Part shown: positions 26,328-35,161 of the stretch, in pieces | How positions within the stretch are numbered: position 1 is the first letter of the stretch | How the letters are laid out: the number at the start of each line of letters is the position of its first letter | Source of the DNA: a virus | DNA: 64,000 nucleotides | Virus record (IMG/VR): IMGVR_UViG_3300029286_000029 | Reading direction: 5' to 3' (one strand) | Position numbers and translations under genes: made by a program | The notes under the pieces: generated by a model | Seen by the model: the letters and a program-made list of their open reading frames with translations, nothing else | What the model was told of the DNA's origin: nothing | The model's database searches: none

Positions 26328-26579
26328 TTAATAACTGGAAACGATTAATTTTATACCATCTTTCTTTTGCCTTTCCCTGATTTCTATTAGTAATTTTGCA
26401 GCTTTATTCAATCTTTCTTTTCTCTGTTTTTCTGTTTTTTTCAATTGATCCTTATAATCTTTCAGATAATCTGCATACATTTTACCCTTATTTACTCTAT
26501 CTTTAACTGGTGTACATTGGGTCCAATCAATTTTAGCAACTTCCTTAGGTTGCGTTGGAACGTGACGTGAACTTTTCAT
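26328..26579 (-). CDS. Basic hypothetical protein, 83 aa.
   Basis: ORF track. Confidence 0.45.
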   Translation of the reverse strand: MKSSRHVPTQPKEVAKIDWTQCTPVKDRVNKGKMYADYLKDYKDQLKKTEKQRKERLNKAAKLLIEIRERQKKDGIKLIVSSY

Positions 26580-26601
26580 AATAAATAATTTGAAATTTAA
26601 A

Positions 26602-26892
26602 TTAATTATTAAGAATCAAAATCACGTCTGAAGAATTAACTAACAAATAATCTTTACCATCTAATTTTACAATAGTCCCGTAATTAAACATAATTTTATT
26701 ACCGACGGCAACTGAATTTATGATATAAGAGCCATTATCGGTCACTCTTCCCGGTCCCGCTGCCACCACCACACCTATTTTTATCTCACCAGGGTTGTCA
26801 TCAGACTTAGAAATGACTAATCCACTACCCCGAACTTCAGTCTCGTCAACACTAACCAAAACACGATCACCGAGAAGTTTTATATTGTCCAT
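26602..26892 (-). CDS. groS: Co-chaperonin GroES.
   Basis: Classic GroES sequence: IKLLGDRVLV...ETEVRGSGLVI...GEIKIGVVVAAGPGR. Length is 96 aa. Confidence 0.85.
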   Translation of the reverse strand: MDNIKLLGDRVLVSVDETEVRGSGLVISKSDDNPGEIKIGVVVAAGPGRVTDNGSYIINSVAVGNKIMFNYGTIVKLDGKDYLLVNSSDVILILNN

Positions 26893-26900
26893 ATTATTTA

Positions 26901-27233
26901 TTAATTATATAAATCTTGTAAAAAGCGTCCAAAAAGCTCAAAACCTTCCTTAACTTGCTTGTTATGCTCTTCTTTTTCTTTGTCACTCATCTTGGTTTTA
27001 TCTAGGATCGCATTCTTGAACGCATAATCCATTTTCTGCAAAATCTCTAACCACGCCGCAGGATCAGCTCTTAATTCTTCTGGTAAAGTGGTGCCTTGCT
27101 CCGTTTGATATAATACAAAATCAGCTAAAGGACTGCGAATTTTGTTTATAATAAATAAATTCAAATTCTTAACGTCATCTTCGTTATAGTCTTTTTCCTT
27201 CTTTTTGGCAAAATTAAATAGTTTCCCAAACAT
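26901..27233 (-). CDS. Hypothetical protein, 110 aa.
   Basis: ORF track. Confidence 0.45.
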   Translation of the reverse strand: MFGKLFNFAKKKEKDYNEDDVKNLNLFIINKIRSPLADFVLYQTEQGTTLPEELRADPAAWLEILQKMDYAFKNAILDKTKMSDKEKEEHNKQVKEGFELFGRFLQDLYN

Positions 27234-27243
27234 ATTTTTTCTA

Positions 27244-27717
27244 TTATTTAGTTTTTAATTTTTTAAAACTTCCTAATTCCTTCAAACGCTTCAAGGTTTG
27301 GACGCTCCTCTTATAACGTCCCGCCTTCTTGTCGCCCCTCACAAACCAGAACTTTTTACCCTTTTTAAGATTCTTCAGGGTTTTGGGATCCTGACAATCT
27401 CTCTTAATTTTTCGATAATGGTCAGGAATCAATCCTTTTTTTACATCATAACCAAATTCTTTTTTGTATTCTCTTCCTAAAATACCGTGTTTTTCATAAA
27501 CGTGAGTTAGAACTTGAACATACCAACGTCCACAGATTTTACATTGTATCTTATTTTTAGCGGGAAATAAAGCTGCTAAATCTTTTATTCTGCTGTCTTT
27601 ATCTCTTCCGCCATTTTCCCAGCGCCACTTGTTCCGACAATAGACTGAACAAAATTTAATATTTCTAGTTTGGGGATTAACAATAACAATTCTCTTATTA
27701 CAATTCTTACATTTCAT
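27244..27717 (-). CDS. Zinc-ribbon protein with a Ros/MucR-like C2H2 zinc finger, 157 aa.
   Basis: N-terminal CKNC..C..C zinc ribbon. CKICGRWYVQVLTHVYEKHG matches the Ros/MucR pattern C..CG..[FY]..L..H....HG. Confidence 0.45.
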   Translation of the reverse strand: MKCKNCNKRIVIVNPQTRNIKFCSVYCRNKWRWENGGRDKDSRIKDLAALFPAKNKIQCKICGRWYVQVLTHVYEKHGILGREYKKEFGYDVKKGLIPDHYRKIKRDCQDPKTLKNLKKGKKFWFVRGDKKAGRYKRSVQTLKRLKELGSFKKLKTK

Positions 27718-27739
27718 ATAATATTTTTTTAACTTAACT

Positions 27740-27982
27740 TTAACTTTCTAATGCTTCGATCACTTTTATTTTATCAAATCCACTAATATATGTTTCTCCG
27801 ATCTTAATGATAGGCGCACTGCGTTGACCGGTTTTTTCAACTAAAAATGTTAAGATATTGGGATTTTTAGACAAGTCGACGGTGGTTATGTTAGCCATGT
27901 CTGCTAAAAAATCTTTGGCTCGCTGACAATTATGGCAACCCGGGGTGGTATAAATCACAACGTCTTTCTTGTCTTTGTTCAT
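27740..27982 (-). CDS. NrdH-like glutaredoxin. The start was set at the internal Met; the track ORF extends to 28075 across the tRNA.
   Basis: VVIYTTPGCHNCQRAKDFL has a CxxC active site in a glutaredoxin fold pattern. The longer track ORF would overlap tRNA-Asn. Confidence 0.6.
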   Translation of the reverse strand: MNKDKKDVVIYTTPGCHNCQRAKDFLADMANITTVDLSKNPNILTFLVEKTGQRSAPIIKIGETYISGFDKIKVIEALES

Positions 27983-28014
27983 TTGTTTTTTTATTAAAAC
28001 TAATAATAAAATTA

Positions 28015-28090
28015 TGGCTGGCAAGGTAGGACTCGGACCTACAACCAATTCCTTAACAGGGAATCGCTCTGCCAATTGAGCTACTTGCCA
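28015..28090 (-). tRNA. tRNA-Asn (anticodon GTT) with an encoded CCA.
   Basis: Acceptor pairs TGGCAAG with CTTGCCA. D-arm is GCTC..GAGC. Anticodon stem-loop is ATTCC-CTGTTAA-GGAAT, identical to the E. coli Asn loop. T-arm is GTAGG-TCCGAGT-CCTAC, with discriminator G followed by CCA. Confidence 0.75.
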
Positions 28091-28094
28091 TCAA

Positions 28095-28518
28095 AAATAC
28101 TAATTAAGAGATGAACAGTAGGGGAGTTTCCTGATGTCGCCGTAACGCGAAGTTACGAAACTCGTCTTGTGTTGTGGACAATTACCTCCACTCAATCAGG
28201 ACGATACCCCCACTATCCACTTCTTTTTTCAACGACCTCAAGAACACATTACTGGGAGCAAATATTGCCGAGTCTATTTTAGGAGACAGAAAAACCTAAA
28301 TACTCGTATAGTCAATTTGCATGTTAGGGCCTTCAGCTCATGGAAGCAGCCCCGCCTTGAAAAATATGTGAGTCCCCCGACTCATCCATGATTAAGGGCG
28401 TCTCTTTCCGCCATCCCAGAATCTGTTCTCAAAACAATCGCGGGGGTTTAACAAATAGTGTCTTGGAGCAAGAGCACTCACCGACTTATTCTTATATCTC
28501 GCCGGGTCCCCACGATCT
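28095..28518 (-). ncRNA. Candidate non-coding RNA or long leader (about 420 nt) transcribed from a consensus promoter. No ORF is present and it is GC-richer than its surroundings.
   Basis: An ORF-free region lies between the groEL stop and tRNA-Asn. A perfect TTGACA-N16-TATAAT promoter on the minus strand points into it. Local hairpins include GAGTC-CCCC-GACTC. The class of RNA was not identified. Confidence 0.3.
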
Positions 28519-28524
28519 ACTTCC

Positions 28525-28552
28525 ATTATATACCCATTATCTTACTTGTCAA
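28525..28552 (-). promoter_or_regulatory. Consensus sigma70-type promoter, TTGACA-N16-TATAAT (minus strand), inside the palindrome CACTTGACAAGT.
   Basis: -35 at 28547-28552 and -10 at 28525-28530, both read as the reverse complement. It belongs to the CTTGACAAGT family. Confidence 0.6.
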
Positions 28553-28561
28553 GTGAAAAGC

Positions 28562-30181
28562 TTACTTCACTCCGTTTGGTAGAACTTGTGGCTCATCAGC
28601 CATGGCCGTTTGCATTGTCAAAAGTATGCTACCAGCCGACACCGCATTTTCTACCGCCGAACGAGTAACCTTAACTGGATCAATTATACCAGCGTTTATC
28701 AGGTCGTCCACATACACATTTTTAAGAGCGTCATAACCCCCACCCTCCTTCATTTCTTTAACCTTTGACACCACCATCGAACCGTCTCCTAGTCCGCAAT
28801 TAATAGCGATATTCGTCAGGGGCGATTCAAGAGCCAAAGCTAGGATCTCAAAGCCGATCTTTTCATCGGAAGTCAAGTTAGAATTGGCCGTCAGAGCCTC
28901 TAGAACCCTCTTAGACGCACGAACAAGGGTCGCACCGCCTCCTGGCACTATTCCCTCTTCAATCGCCGCTTTTACGGCCGCTACCGCATCTTCAATTTTG
29001 AGTTTTAGATAACGACTTTCGGTTTCCGTGGCGGCACCGACCTTGATCACGGCAACACCACCCGACAAACGAGCAATCCTTTCCTCAATTTTCAATTTAT
29101 CATGTTTAGACTCCTGTGTTTCCACTTCTTTTTTAGCCGACGCAATCCGAGTATTAATTTCTTCTGGATAACCTTTGCCACCAACTATCGTCGTCTTTTC
29201 TCGCTTGGACACCACCCGATCAGCTGTTCCCAAGTCAGCAAATTTAACCGTCTCCAGTTTCCGACCCAATTCACTAGAAATAAAAGTGGCGCCAGTCAAA
29301 ATGGCAATATCTTCCAAGTAATCTTTCTTTCGTAAGCCAAATCCAGGTGCTTTAATACAAAGAGTCGTAAAGATTCCTCGTAATTTATTGACGATAGCGG
29401 TTTGCAACGCTTCGCCAACCACATCTTCCGAAATAATAACCAATTCTTTACCGCCATTTTGCATCACTTCTTCTATGATTCTAGCTAAATGTTCAGCCGA
29501 ACCGATTTTTAAATCCGTTACTAGAATTTTTACATTTTTGCATTCCGCTTCCAATCTTTCTGCATCCGTTACCATATAAGGCGAAATAAACCCCTTGTCA
29601 AATTCCATACCTTGGCTTACTTCGGTCGTAATACCAGTGGTAGGAGACTCTTCAATAGTAATAACGCCATCCGTACCCATTTTGGCGATAGTATCAGCAA
29701 TCAACTTACCAATCTCTTCTGATTCGGCGGAAATGGTCGCTACTTGAACAGTCTCATCGCCTTCCTTGATTGGTTTGGCTATTGACTTCAGATATTCCAT
29801 CACGACTTTGGACGCCTTTTCAATTCCATTGCGGATTCCCACAGCGTTTACACCCACCGCAATTTTCTTCATACCTTCAGCGACAATAGCCTGAGCCAAG
29901 ACGACAGAGGTTGTCGTCCCGTCTCCTGCGGCATCATTCGTTTTTTGCGCCACTTCCTTAGCAATGCCACACCCCATATTTTGTATCGGGTCTTTCAAGA
30001 CGACTTCCCGGGCAATTGTTACACCGTCGTTAGTGATTTGAGGACCGCCATATCCTTTATCGAAGACCACGTTGCGACCACCTGGTCCGATTGTTACTCT
30101 TACAGCATCACCAACTGCGTCTACACCAACTTTTAATTCCTTACGAGCTTCGTCGCCAAATTTTATGATCTTATGTGACAT
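28562..30181 (-). CDS. groL: Chaperonin GroEL (Hsp60), 539 aa.
   Basis: Unambiguous GroEL sequence: DAVRVTIGPGGRNVV, GDGTTTSVVLAQAI, equatorial, apical and intermediate domains are present, and the C-terminus reads VVSKV. Confidence 0.95.
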   Translation of the reverse strand: MSHKIIKFGDEARKELKVGVDAVGDAVRVTIGPGGRNVVFDKGYGGPQITNDGVTIAREVVLKDPIQNMGCGIAKEVAQKTNDAAGDGTTTSVVLAQAIVAEGMKKIAVGVNAVGIRNGIEKASKVVMEYLKSIAKPIKEGDETVQVATISAESEEIGKLIADTIAKMGTDGVITIEESPTTGITTEVSQGMEFDKGFISPYMVTDAERLEAECKNVKILVTDLKIGSAEHLARIIEEVMQNGGKELVIISEDVVGEALQTAIVNKLRGIFTTLCIKAPGFGLRKKDYLEDIAILTGATFISSELGRKLETVKFADLGTADRVVSKREKTTIVGGKGYPEEINTRIASAKKEVETQESKHDKLKIEERIARLSGGVAVIKVGAATETESRYLKLKIEDAVAAVKAAIEEGIVPGGGATLVRASKRVLEALTANSNLTSDEKIGFEILALALESPLTNIAINCGLGDGSMVVSKVKEMKEGGGYDALKNVYVDDLINAGIIDPVKVTRSAVENAVSAGSILLTMQTAMADEPQVLPNGVK

Positions 30182-30217
30182 TTTATGTTAAATAATTAAT
30201 ATTAATAATTTATAATT

Positions 30218-30457
30218 TTATTTATTTCTCTCCTCTTCCTCTCGCTTTTTTGCTCTCTCTTCAATATCATGCGCCAAACCGTACATCCCCTCGATCGACA
30301 AATTATTATACAACACGTTGGGATCGCCACCACTTTCCGGTATGTAGAACACAAAAACGGCCTTAACGTGATTATTGTTAAAGAAATCAATTATCATCTT
30401 ATTAAGAATAATTTCCTGTGAGAAAGGTGATTCTATTGGCTGATTTTTTGAGTCCAT
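30218..30457 (-). CDS. Hypothetical protein of 79 aa with an acidic, E/R-rich C-terminus.
   Basis: ORF track. The overlapping alternative 30202..30390 was rejected. Confidence 0.45.
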   Translation of the reverse strand: MDSKNQPIESPFSQEIILNKMIIDFFNNNHVKAVFVFYIPESGGDPNVLYNNLSIEGMYGLAHDIEERAKKREEEERNK

Positions 30458-32154
30458 TATTTTTTATACTTTAATGAAAGTTCTTTTATATAGTCATCGA
30501 CCATATTCTTTTCTTCTTTTTCCTCATTACCTTCGATCAACTGATCCACTATCTCCTGTTTTCTTTTTAATAACTTTTTCATAAAACCATCAATCGAATT
30601 TCTACTAATGATGGTATAAATGTTTAAACATTCATATTCTGCCCCGGGACGATGAGCTCTATCTTGTGCCTGAATAATATCGGCGTTCGTCCATGGCATG
30701 TCCAAGAAAATAACGTGGCTAGCCGAAGTCAACGTAATTCCTGTACCAGCCGCTTTCGTCCCACCAAAGAAAATTTGAGTTCCAGGATTCTCTTGAAACT
30801 TCTTTACAATATCACCTCGTTCATCAACAGGAGTCTCACCAAGAATCATTACCGAATTCTCTTCATACTGTTCAGCTAACTCTTTAAGTGGCGCGTTAAA
30901 GGAAGAAAAGACCAAAACTTTTTCGTCAGACTCAATAATACCGTCAATCAATTCCTTGGCAGTGGAAATTTTACCCATCGCGTTTATTTCCCTTAAGAGG
31001 TTTAATTTAACCAATTTTTCTGCTTGCAACGATCTAACAATTTCTTTATCTGTTTTTTCTTTTTTATAAGTCTTAAGATATTTTACCAGATTTTCTTCAA
31101 CTAAATCATATTGAGTTCTCTCTTCTTTTGGCAGATCAATAGGGATATCAATAAAGCTTTTTGGCGGTAGTTCCTTTAAAACTTCTTCTTTAGTTCGACG
31201 AAGAAAATACTTACTAATCCTCTGACGAAGTTCAAGTATGTTGGTGGCTCCTTTATTTTCAAACCCCCAGTAGCCTTGTTTTCCATCACAATATTTTACA
31301 GCGTAAGCATAAAAGTTATTCCAAGTCTTCGGGTCAATGATATTTAAAGTGTTAAAGATCTCCGAAGGTCTATTCAAAACAGGAGTCCCGGTTAAAAGAA
31401 TGACATTAGGAATCATTCGAGAAATAGCTTTAATTGCTTTTGATCGCTGAGCGGAAGGATTTTTTATAAGGTGGCTCTCATCCACAATCAATGCATCCCA
31501 TTTCCATTTCATGAACTCATTAAAGAATTTTTTAAGTATATCGTAATTAATAATAACAACATTAATACTATATGGAATATCCGCCAAATTCGTTTTTGGT
31601 TCTACAATAAAATAATTAAGGCTGGTCCATTTTTCGATCTCATTCCCCCATGAGAACTTCACCGAGGCGGGACAAACAACCAAACTTCGATTAAAACCAC
31701 TATGAGCAATAAAACCCAAAGCCTGAAGACTCTTACCTACACCAGGTGCGTCTGCTAATAGTGCCCTTCCCCCACTATTAAGCAGAAACTCAATTCCGAG
31801 TTTCTGGTATTCATAAGGATGACCTTTGATTCCTTTCAACTGAAGATCCGAGGTTGTCGCTTCTCTTATCTGCTGTGCTCTTTCCTCGCGGCTTCGATCT
31901 TCCTCCTCTTTTTTATCATATTGTCTTAAATCATCAAAGACTTCCTGGCTGACAATCGTCTCTGGAAATTTTGTCATCAACATATTAACTACAGCCAAAT
32001 CGGAGAAACGCCATTTCTTATTTGCAATATCCCAAGTAAATTCTTTCCAACCAAAGGTCGTTCTTAAGAATTGGCAATAATCAACAAGCGATTGATTAAA
32101 ATCGCTTTCCAAAGCATAAGCATGATATAACGTGACCTCTTTGGTGATATTCAT
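30457..32154 (-). CDS. SNF2-family helicase/ATPase, 565 aa.
   Basis: Walker A reads LLADAPGVGKSLQALG. The DExH box reads LIVDESHLIKN. Motif III reads LLTGTP. The C-terminal helicase domain contains IFFGGTKAAGTGITLT and QAQDRAHRPG. Confidence 0.85.
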   Translation of the reverse strand: MNITKEVTLYHAYALESDFNQSLVDYCQFLRTTFGWKEFTWDIANKKWRFSDLAVVNMLMTKFPETIVSQEVFDDLRQYDKKEEEDRSREERAQQIREATTSDLQLKGIKGHPYEYQKLGIEFLLNSGGRALLADAPGVGKSLQALGFIAHSGFNRSLVVCPASVKFSWGNEIEKWTSLNYFIVEPKTNLADIPYSINVVIINYDILKKFFNEFMKWKWDALIVDESHLIKNPSAQRSKAIKAISRMIPNVILLTGTPVLNRPSEIFNTLNIIDPKTWNNFYAYAVKYCDGKQGYWGFENKGATNILELRQRISKYFLRRTKEEVLKELPPKSFIDIPIDLPKEERTQYDLVEENLVKYLKTYKKEKTDKEIVRSLQAEKLVKLNLLREINAMGKISTAKELIDGIIESDEKVLVFSSFNAPLKELAEQYEENSVMILGETPVDERGDIVKKFQENPGTQIFFGGTKAAGTGITLTSASHVIFLDMPWTNADIIQAQDRAHRPGAEYECLNIYTIISRNSIDGFMKKLLKRKQEIVDQLIEGNEEKEEKNMVDDYIKELSLKYKK

Positions 32155-32162
32155 AAAACATA

Positions 32163-32405
32163 TTATTTCATATTTTTAATTACTTCCAACGTCTTACCGT
32201 TTTTCTGGCCTGCTTCTATTTTTTTAATGATTTTAACTGTCGATACCTGATCGAAGACATTCATCCGACCAATTTGAGCTACTGGTTTGAGCAAACCAAG
32301 TGAAAAGTAGTAAGCCAGTTTTGACTTGTTTACCCCCAGCTGGATCGCCAACTCTCCTAAAGAAACTTGTTTCATAGCGTTATTTGTTAATTGATATAAT
32401 TCCAT
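32163..32405 (-). CDS. Small HTH DNA-binding protein of 80 aa, MerR/Xre-like. Candidate regulator of the palindromic promoter family.
   Basis: VSLGELAIQLGVNKSKLAYYF is an HTH-like segment. Immediately upstream are a strong SD (AGGAGGAAGGAG) and a CTTGACAAGT palindrome. Confidence 0.55.
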   Translation of the reverse strand: MELYQLTNNAMKQVSLGELAIQLGVNKSKLAYYFSLGLLKPVAQIGRMNVFDQVSTVKIIKKIEAGQKNGKTLEVIKNMK

Positions 32406-32410
32406 TGTAC

Positions 32411-32440
32411 TCCTTCCTCCTTACTTGTCAAGCATTATTT
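32411..32440 (-). promoter_or_regulatory. GCTTGACAAGT palindrome plus SD directly upstream of the HTH gene. It may be an operator or promoter.
   Basis: TTGACA (reverse complement) at 32425-32430. A TACAAT-like -10 would overlap the ATG, so operator function is equally plausible. Confidence 0.4.
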
Positions 32441-32914
32441 AAGACGATCGACAATATCGTATTCTGTGACTTCTGATATCCAGTCAAGTGGTACATCTGC
32501 CGTCCAGATGACACAACTCTCGTTCCCTGATTGTAACCAATCATATATTTCCCCCGGTGTGTCAACGTGGTTTAAATTAACCATATTACCTTCTGGAGAA
32601 TAAAGAACATCATCTTTATCAGGAAAATTAATTTTCAATAAGACAATTTTCCCCTCCTTTAGTTTTTTAGCTTGGGACAAAATTAATTTAGCATGAGAAA
32701 TTCCATTCAACATATGATCCCACACCCAAACTCCTTCAACCTTTACCCCAGGGAAAAACTTAAGTATCTCTGGATTCGTTACAAGGTGAGGTTTTATTCG
32801 GCCATCTTTTTTTATATTTTCCCAATTACTCATACTCGTGTAATGATAACCCTTCCACTTAACAAGATCTTCTAAAAATTTATTACCCTCCCATGGTTGC
32901 TTTGTCTTTTCCAT
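32435..32914 (-). CDS. Hypothetical protein, 159 aa.
   Basis: ORF track. Confidence 0.5.
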   Translation of the reverse strand: MEKTKQPWEGNKFLEDLVKWKGYHYTSMSNWENIKKDGRIKPHLVTNPEILKFFPGVKVEGVWVWDHMLNGISHAKLILSQAKKLKEGKIVLLKINFPDKDDVLYSPEGNMVNLNHVDTPGEIYDWLQSGNESCVIWTADVPLDWISEVTEYDIVDRLK

Positions 32915-32931
32915 ATCATTTGTTATTTATT

Positions 32932-33384
32932 TTACTTAAATTTACCTCTTTTATCTCGTGATTGCTCTTTCGAATGTTTACTACGATGAACTCCATTATT
33001 ATCATAAATAACGAGGTTCTCAATCTTATTATTTATTTTATTACCATCATCATGGTGGACAACTTGGCTACGATTAGTAATTTCTTTTTCTTTTAATAAT
33101 CGATGTTCTGCCACCCAACCATCTTTTCTAGCCAACCAATGACCCGGACGAAAAATGTGACGATAACCTTTTACCATCCTAATGCCGCCTTTCCAACTTC
33201 CACTTTTGTCACCACTCGCTCTTTTCCAATCCTTTCTTCTATCTATCGAACTTCTTTTTAAAGAATTAAGAATAGATTGTTTATAAACACTATATTTTTC
33301 TGCAATCTGCTGAGCAGCCATCCCAGAAAGATACATTTCTGCAACCACACGATCTTGTTCTTTAGTTATTTTTGATTTAGGCAT
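32932..33384 (-). CDS. HNH endonuclease with an N-terminal HTH.
   Basis: HNH motif VVHHDDGNKINNKIENLVIY. The N-terminal region VVAEMYLSGMAAQQIAEKY is like sigma region 4 or an HTH. Confidence 0.7.
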   Translation of the reverse strand: MPKSKITKEQDRVVAEMYLSGMAAQQIAEKYSVYKQSILNSLKRSSIDRRKDWKRASGDKSGSWKGGIRMVKGYRHIFRPGHWLARKDGWVAEHRLLKEKEITNRSQVVHHDDGNKINNKIENLVIYDNNGVHRSKHSKEQSRDKRGKFK

Positions 33385-33415
33385 ACCTGTATGATATCAC
33401 AAAGGGATGAATAAA

Positions 33416-33937
33416 TCAAGAAGTATGAAACCAGTTATAATATATATCAGTCTCCCCGCCCTTTTTAGGCCAATCTGAGTGAATAATGTTAAGTAATAAT
33501 CCAAGTTTCTTTCGTTGCCATGCATAAATCAACCTAAAGGTACGACCATTAAAATCCTCAAAAGGATGCACATCTTCAAATTTAATGTGCATATCTTGAG
33601 TAAATTTATTAGGTTTTTTTAATGTCGCTTTACTGGGATTGTTAACTTCAAAACATATATCTTCTATACGTTTTTCAATATCTTGGATACTAAGAAATAC
33701 CTTTCTCTTCCCACCAATCCATACATCGCACTCACGCCACTTACCAGCAATACGTGGATTAATATTCCGGGCTAGTAACATATGAACAGCCAAAATCGTT
33801 CCCGGTGTAATAACTGGTTGTTTAGCAAGATAAGCCCACGCTTTATAAGCATCAGCTAATGCTTCTTTGCCATAAACCTGCTCAATGGCGTTGCTCTCTT
33901 TCAAGAACTTTAACATTTCGGGTTTGTAATAATACAT
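33416..33937 (-). CDS. Fic/Doc-family domain protein with a non-canonical motif (HPFEDFNGRTFR).
   Basis: Fic motif HPF.[DE]GNGR..R has G replaced by F. An upstream ESNAIEQV segment resembles the Fic S..IEG motif. Confidence 0.55.
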   Translation of the reverse strand: MYYYKPEMLKFLKESNAIEQVYGKEALADAYKAWAYLAKQPVITPGTILAVHMLLARNINPRIAGKWRECDVWIGGKRKVFLSIQDIEKRIEDICFEVNNPSKATLKKPNKFTQDMHIKFEDVHPFEDFNGRTFRLIYAWQRKKLGLLLNIIHSDWPKKGGETDIYYNWFHTS

Positions 33938-33938
33938 A

Positions 33939-34268
33939 TCATTTTTTCAATTTAATATAACTTTTAATATTTATGATTTCATCAGTCTTACCATTTTCGT
34001 TACATTTTAAGATGTAATTATAATGTTCAAACATTTTATCGCGTGAGTAATCATACTTAATATAATCAGCCATATCTTTCGGATTGAAGAAATAATCATT
34101 GATAAAATATATGCCACCAATATCACCTGCTATCCACCACTCTTCGCAGTCTCGTCCAAAATACCGTTTGGCAAAGTAATGAGCCAACTTACCATTAGCA
34201 TTTCTCCAATCATCAAGTTCTTGTGGTTTTTTCATTTTATTTTTTATCTTACTAATCACCTCACTCAC
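33939..34268 (-). CDS. Hypothetical protein, 109 aa.
   Basis: ORF track. Confidence 0.45.
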   Translation of the reverse strand: MSEVISKIKNKMKKPQELDDWRNANGKLAHYFAKRYFGRDCEEWWIAGDIGGIYFINDYFFNPKDMADYIKYDYSRDKMFEHYNYILKCNENGKTDEIINIKSYIKLKK

Positions 34269-34278
34269 AGACTTGGGA

Positions 34279-34464
34279 TTAGTTTTTAAGACTTCTTAGC
34301 AAATTATAAAGTTGTTCTGTCGCTTTATTAAAATCAATTACAGAATAACTAATCTTAAATCCGCAATCACCCACTTGCCCATTGTCAGTAATACCCGCTA
34401 CTACAGGATTACTATTTTGATACAAAATACCTCGTATTCGATCTTTAATTCCTCTTTTTTTCAT
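34279..34464 (-). CDS. Hypothetical protein, 61 aa.
   Basis: ORF track. Confidence 0.35.
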   Translation of the reverse strand: MKKRGIKDRIRGILYQNSNPVVAGITDNGQVGDCGFKISYSVIDFNKATEQLYNLLRSLKN

Positions 34465-34479
34465 ATTTTATTTTAACAA

Positions 34480-34692
34480 TTACACCATTCCTACAATATC
34501 TTCATCGCCTTCGTCATATTTATTAGCAAAATGTATTACTTCGTAGTCCTGTCTCCAAACCAACTTATTTATTTTCTTATTATCATCATTCAATTCTAAT
34601 AAAAATGCCGAGCCACATTCACCACAGCCAGCTATCTGTAATCCGTATTTTAGACATAACTGTTTGTATTCTTTTAAGAATTCCTCTTTCAT
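34480..34692 (-). CDS. Small Cys-containing protein, 70 aa.
   Basis: ORF track. Contains the motif CGECGS. Confidence 0.4.
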   Translation of the reverse strand: MKEEFLKEYKQLCLKYGLQIAGCGECGSAFLLELNDDNKKINKLVWRQDYEVIHFANKYDEGDEDIVGMV

Positions 34693-34693
34693 A

Positions 34694-34939
34694 TTATTTA
34701 ATTATTTCTAAGCTATCGCCATAGATATTTTCACATTCCTCAATTTTTCCATTTTTTCTCTTAACCAAATAAGATACCCCGGACTGAAATTCCCCTCTCC
34801 AATGTTGCATCCCCAAGAACTCTACTTGTTCATAACCATACTCGGCATTACTTTCTAAAGCGTCCCAAAAATGTTTCCTAACAGTATTGGTATTCGGTTT
34901 TGTTACTACTCTAATCCAACAAAGTTTTTTATTTTTCAT
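34694..34939 (-). CDS. Hypothetical protein, 81 aa.
   Basis: ORF track. Confidence 0.4.
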   Translation of the reverse strand: MKNKKLCWIRVVTKPNTNTVRKHFWDALESNAEYGYEQVEFLGMQHWRGEFQSGVSYLVKRKNGKIEECENIYGDSLEIIK

Positions 34940-34947
34940 AGTTTTAC

Positions 34948-35157
34948 TTAATCTAATAATACTGTAGTTTTATCTTGAGAATGTATAAGCAAAGCTCTCT
35001 TTTTACTTAAGTACATACTACCTCCTTCTCCTGCAACAATAATTGGAGTTCCGTCTTTGGTGAGAAGTAACCCATAATAATTTTCTTCATCTGTACCAAT
35101 ATAAAGTTCTTTTCCCGTTAAACCTTGACTAAGAAGTGCGTTACGATAGATATTCAT
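34948..35157 (-). CDS. Hypothetical protein. The start was moved to the internal Met; the track gives 34948..35226.
   Basis: The internal start removes a 65-nt overlap with the HAD phosphatase gene. Confidence 0.35.
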   Translation of the reverse strand: MNIYRNALLSQGLTGKELYIGTDEENYYGLLLTKDGTPIIVAGEGGSMYLSKKRALLIHSQDKTTVLLD

Positions 35158-35161
35158 TGGA

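Noticed and set aside
27740-28075. Long form of the NrdH-like ORF extending across tRNA-Asn
   Set aside because: The N-terminal extension would overlap the well-formed tRNA-Asn. The internal Met gives a canonical glutaredoxin of about 80 aa.
28167-28768. Track ORFs 28167..28391, 28388..28582 and 28586..28768 (+) around the groEL 3' region
   Set aside because: They lie in the non-coding promoter and ncRNA interval or antisense to groEL. The consensus promoter there is on the opposite strand.
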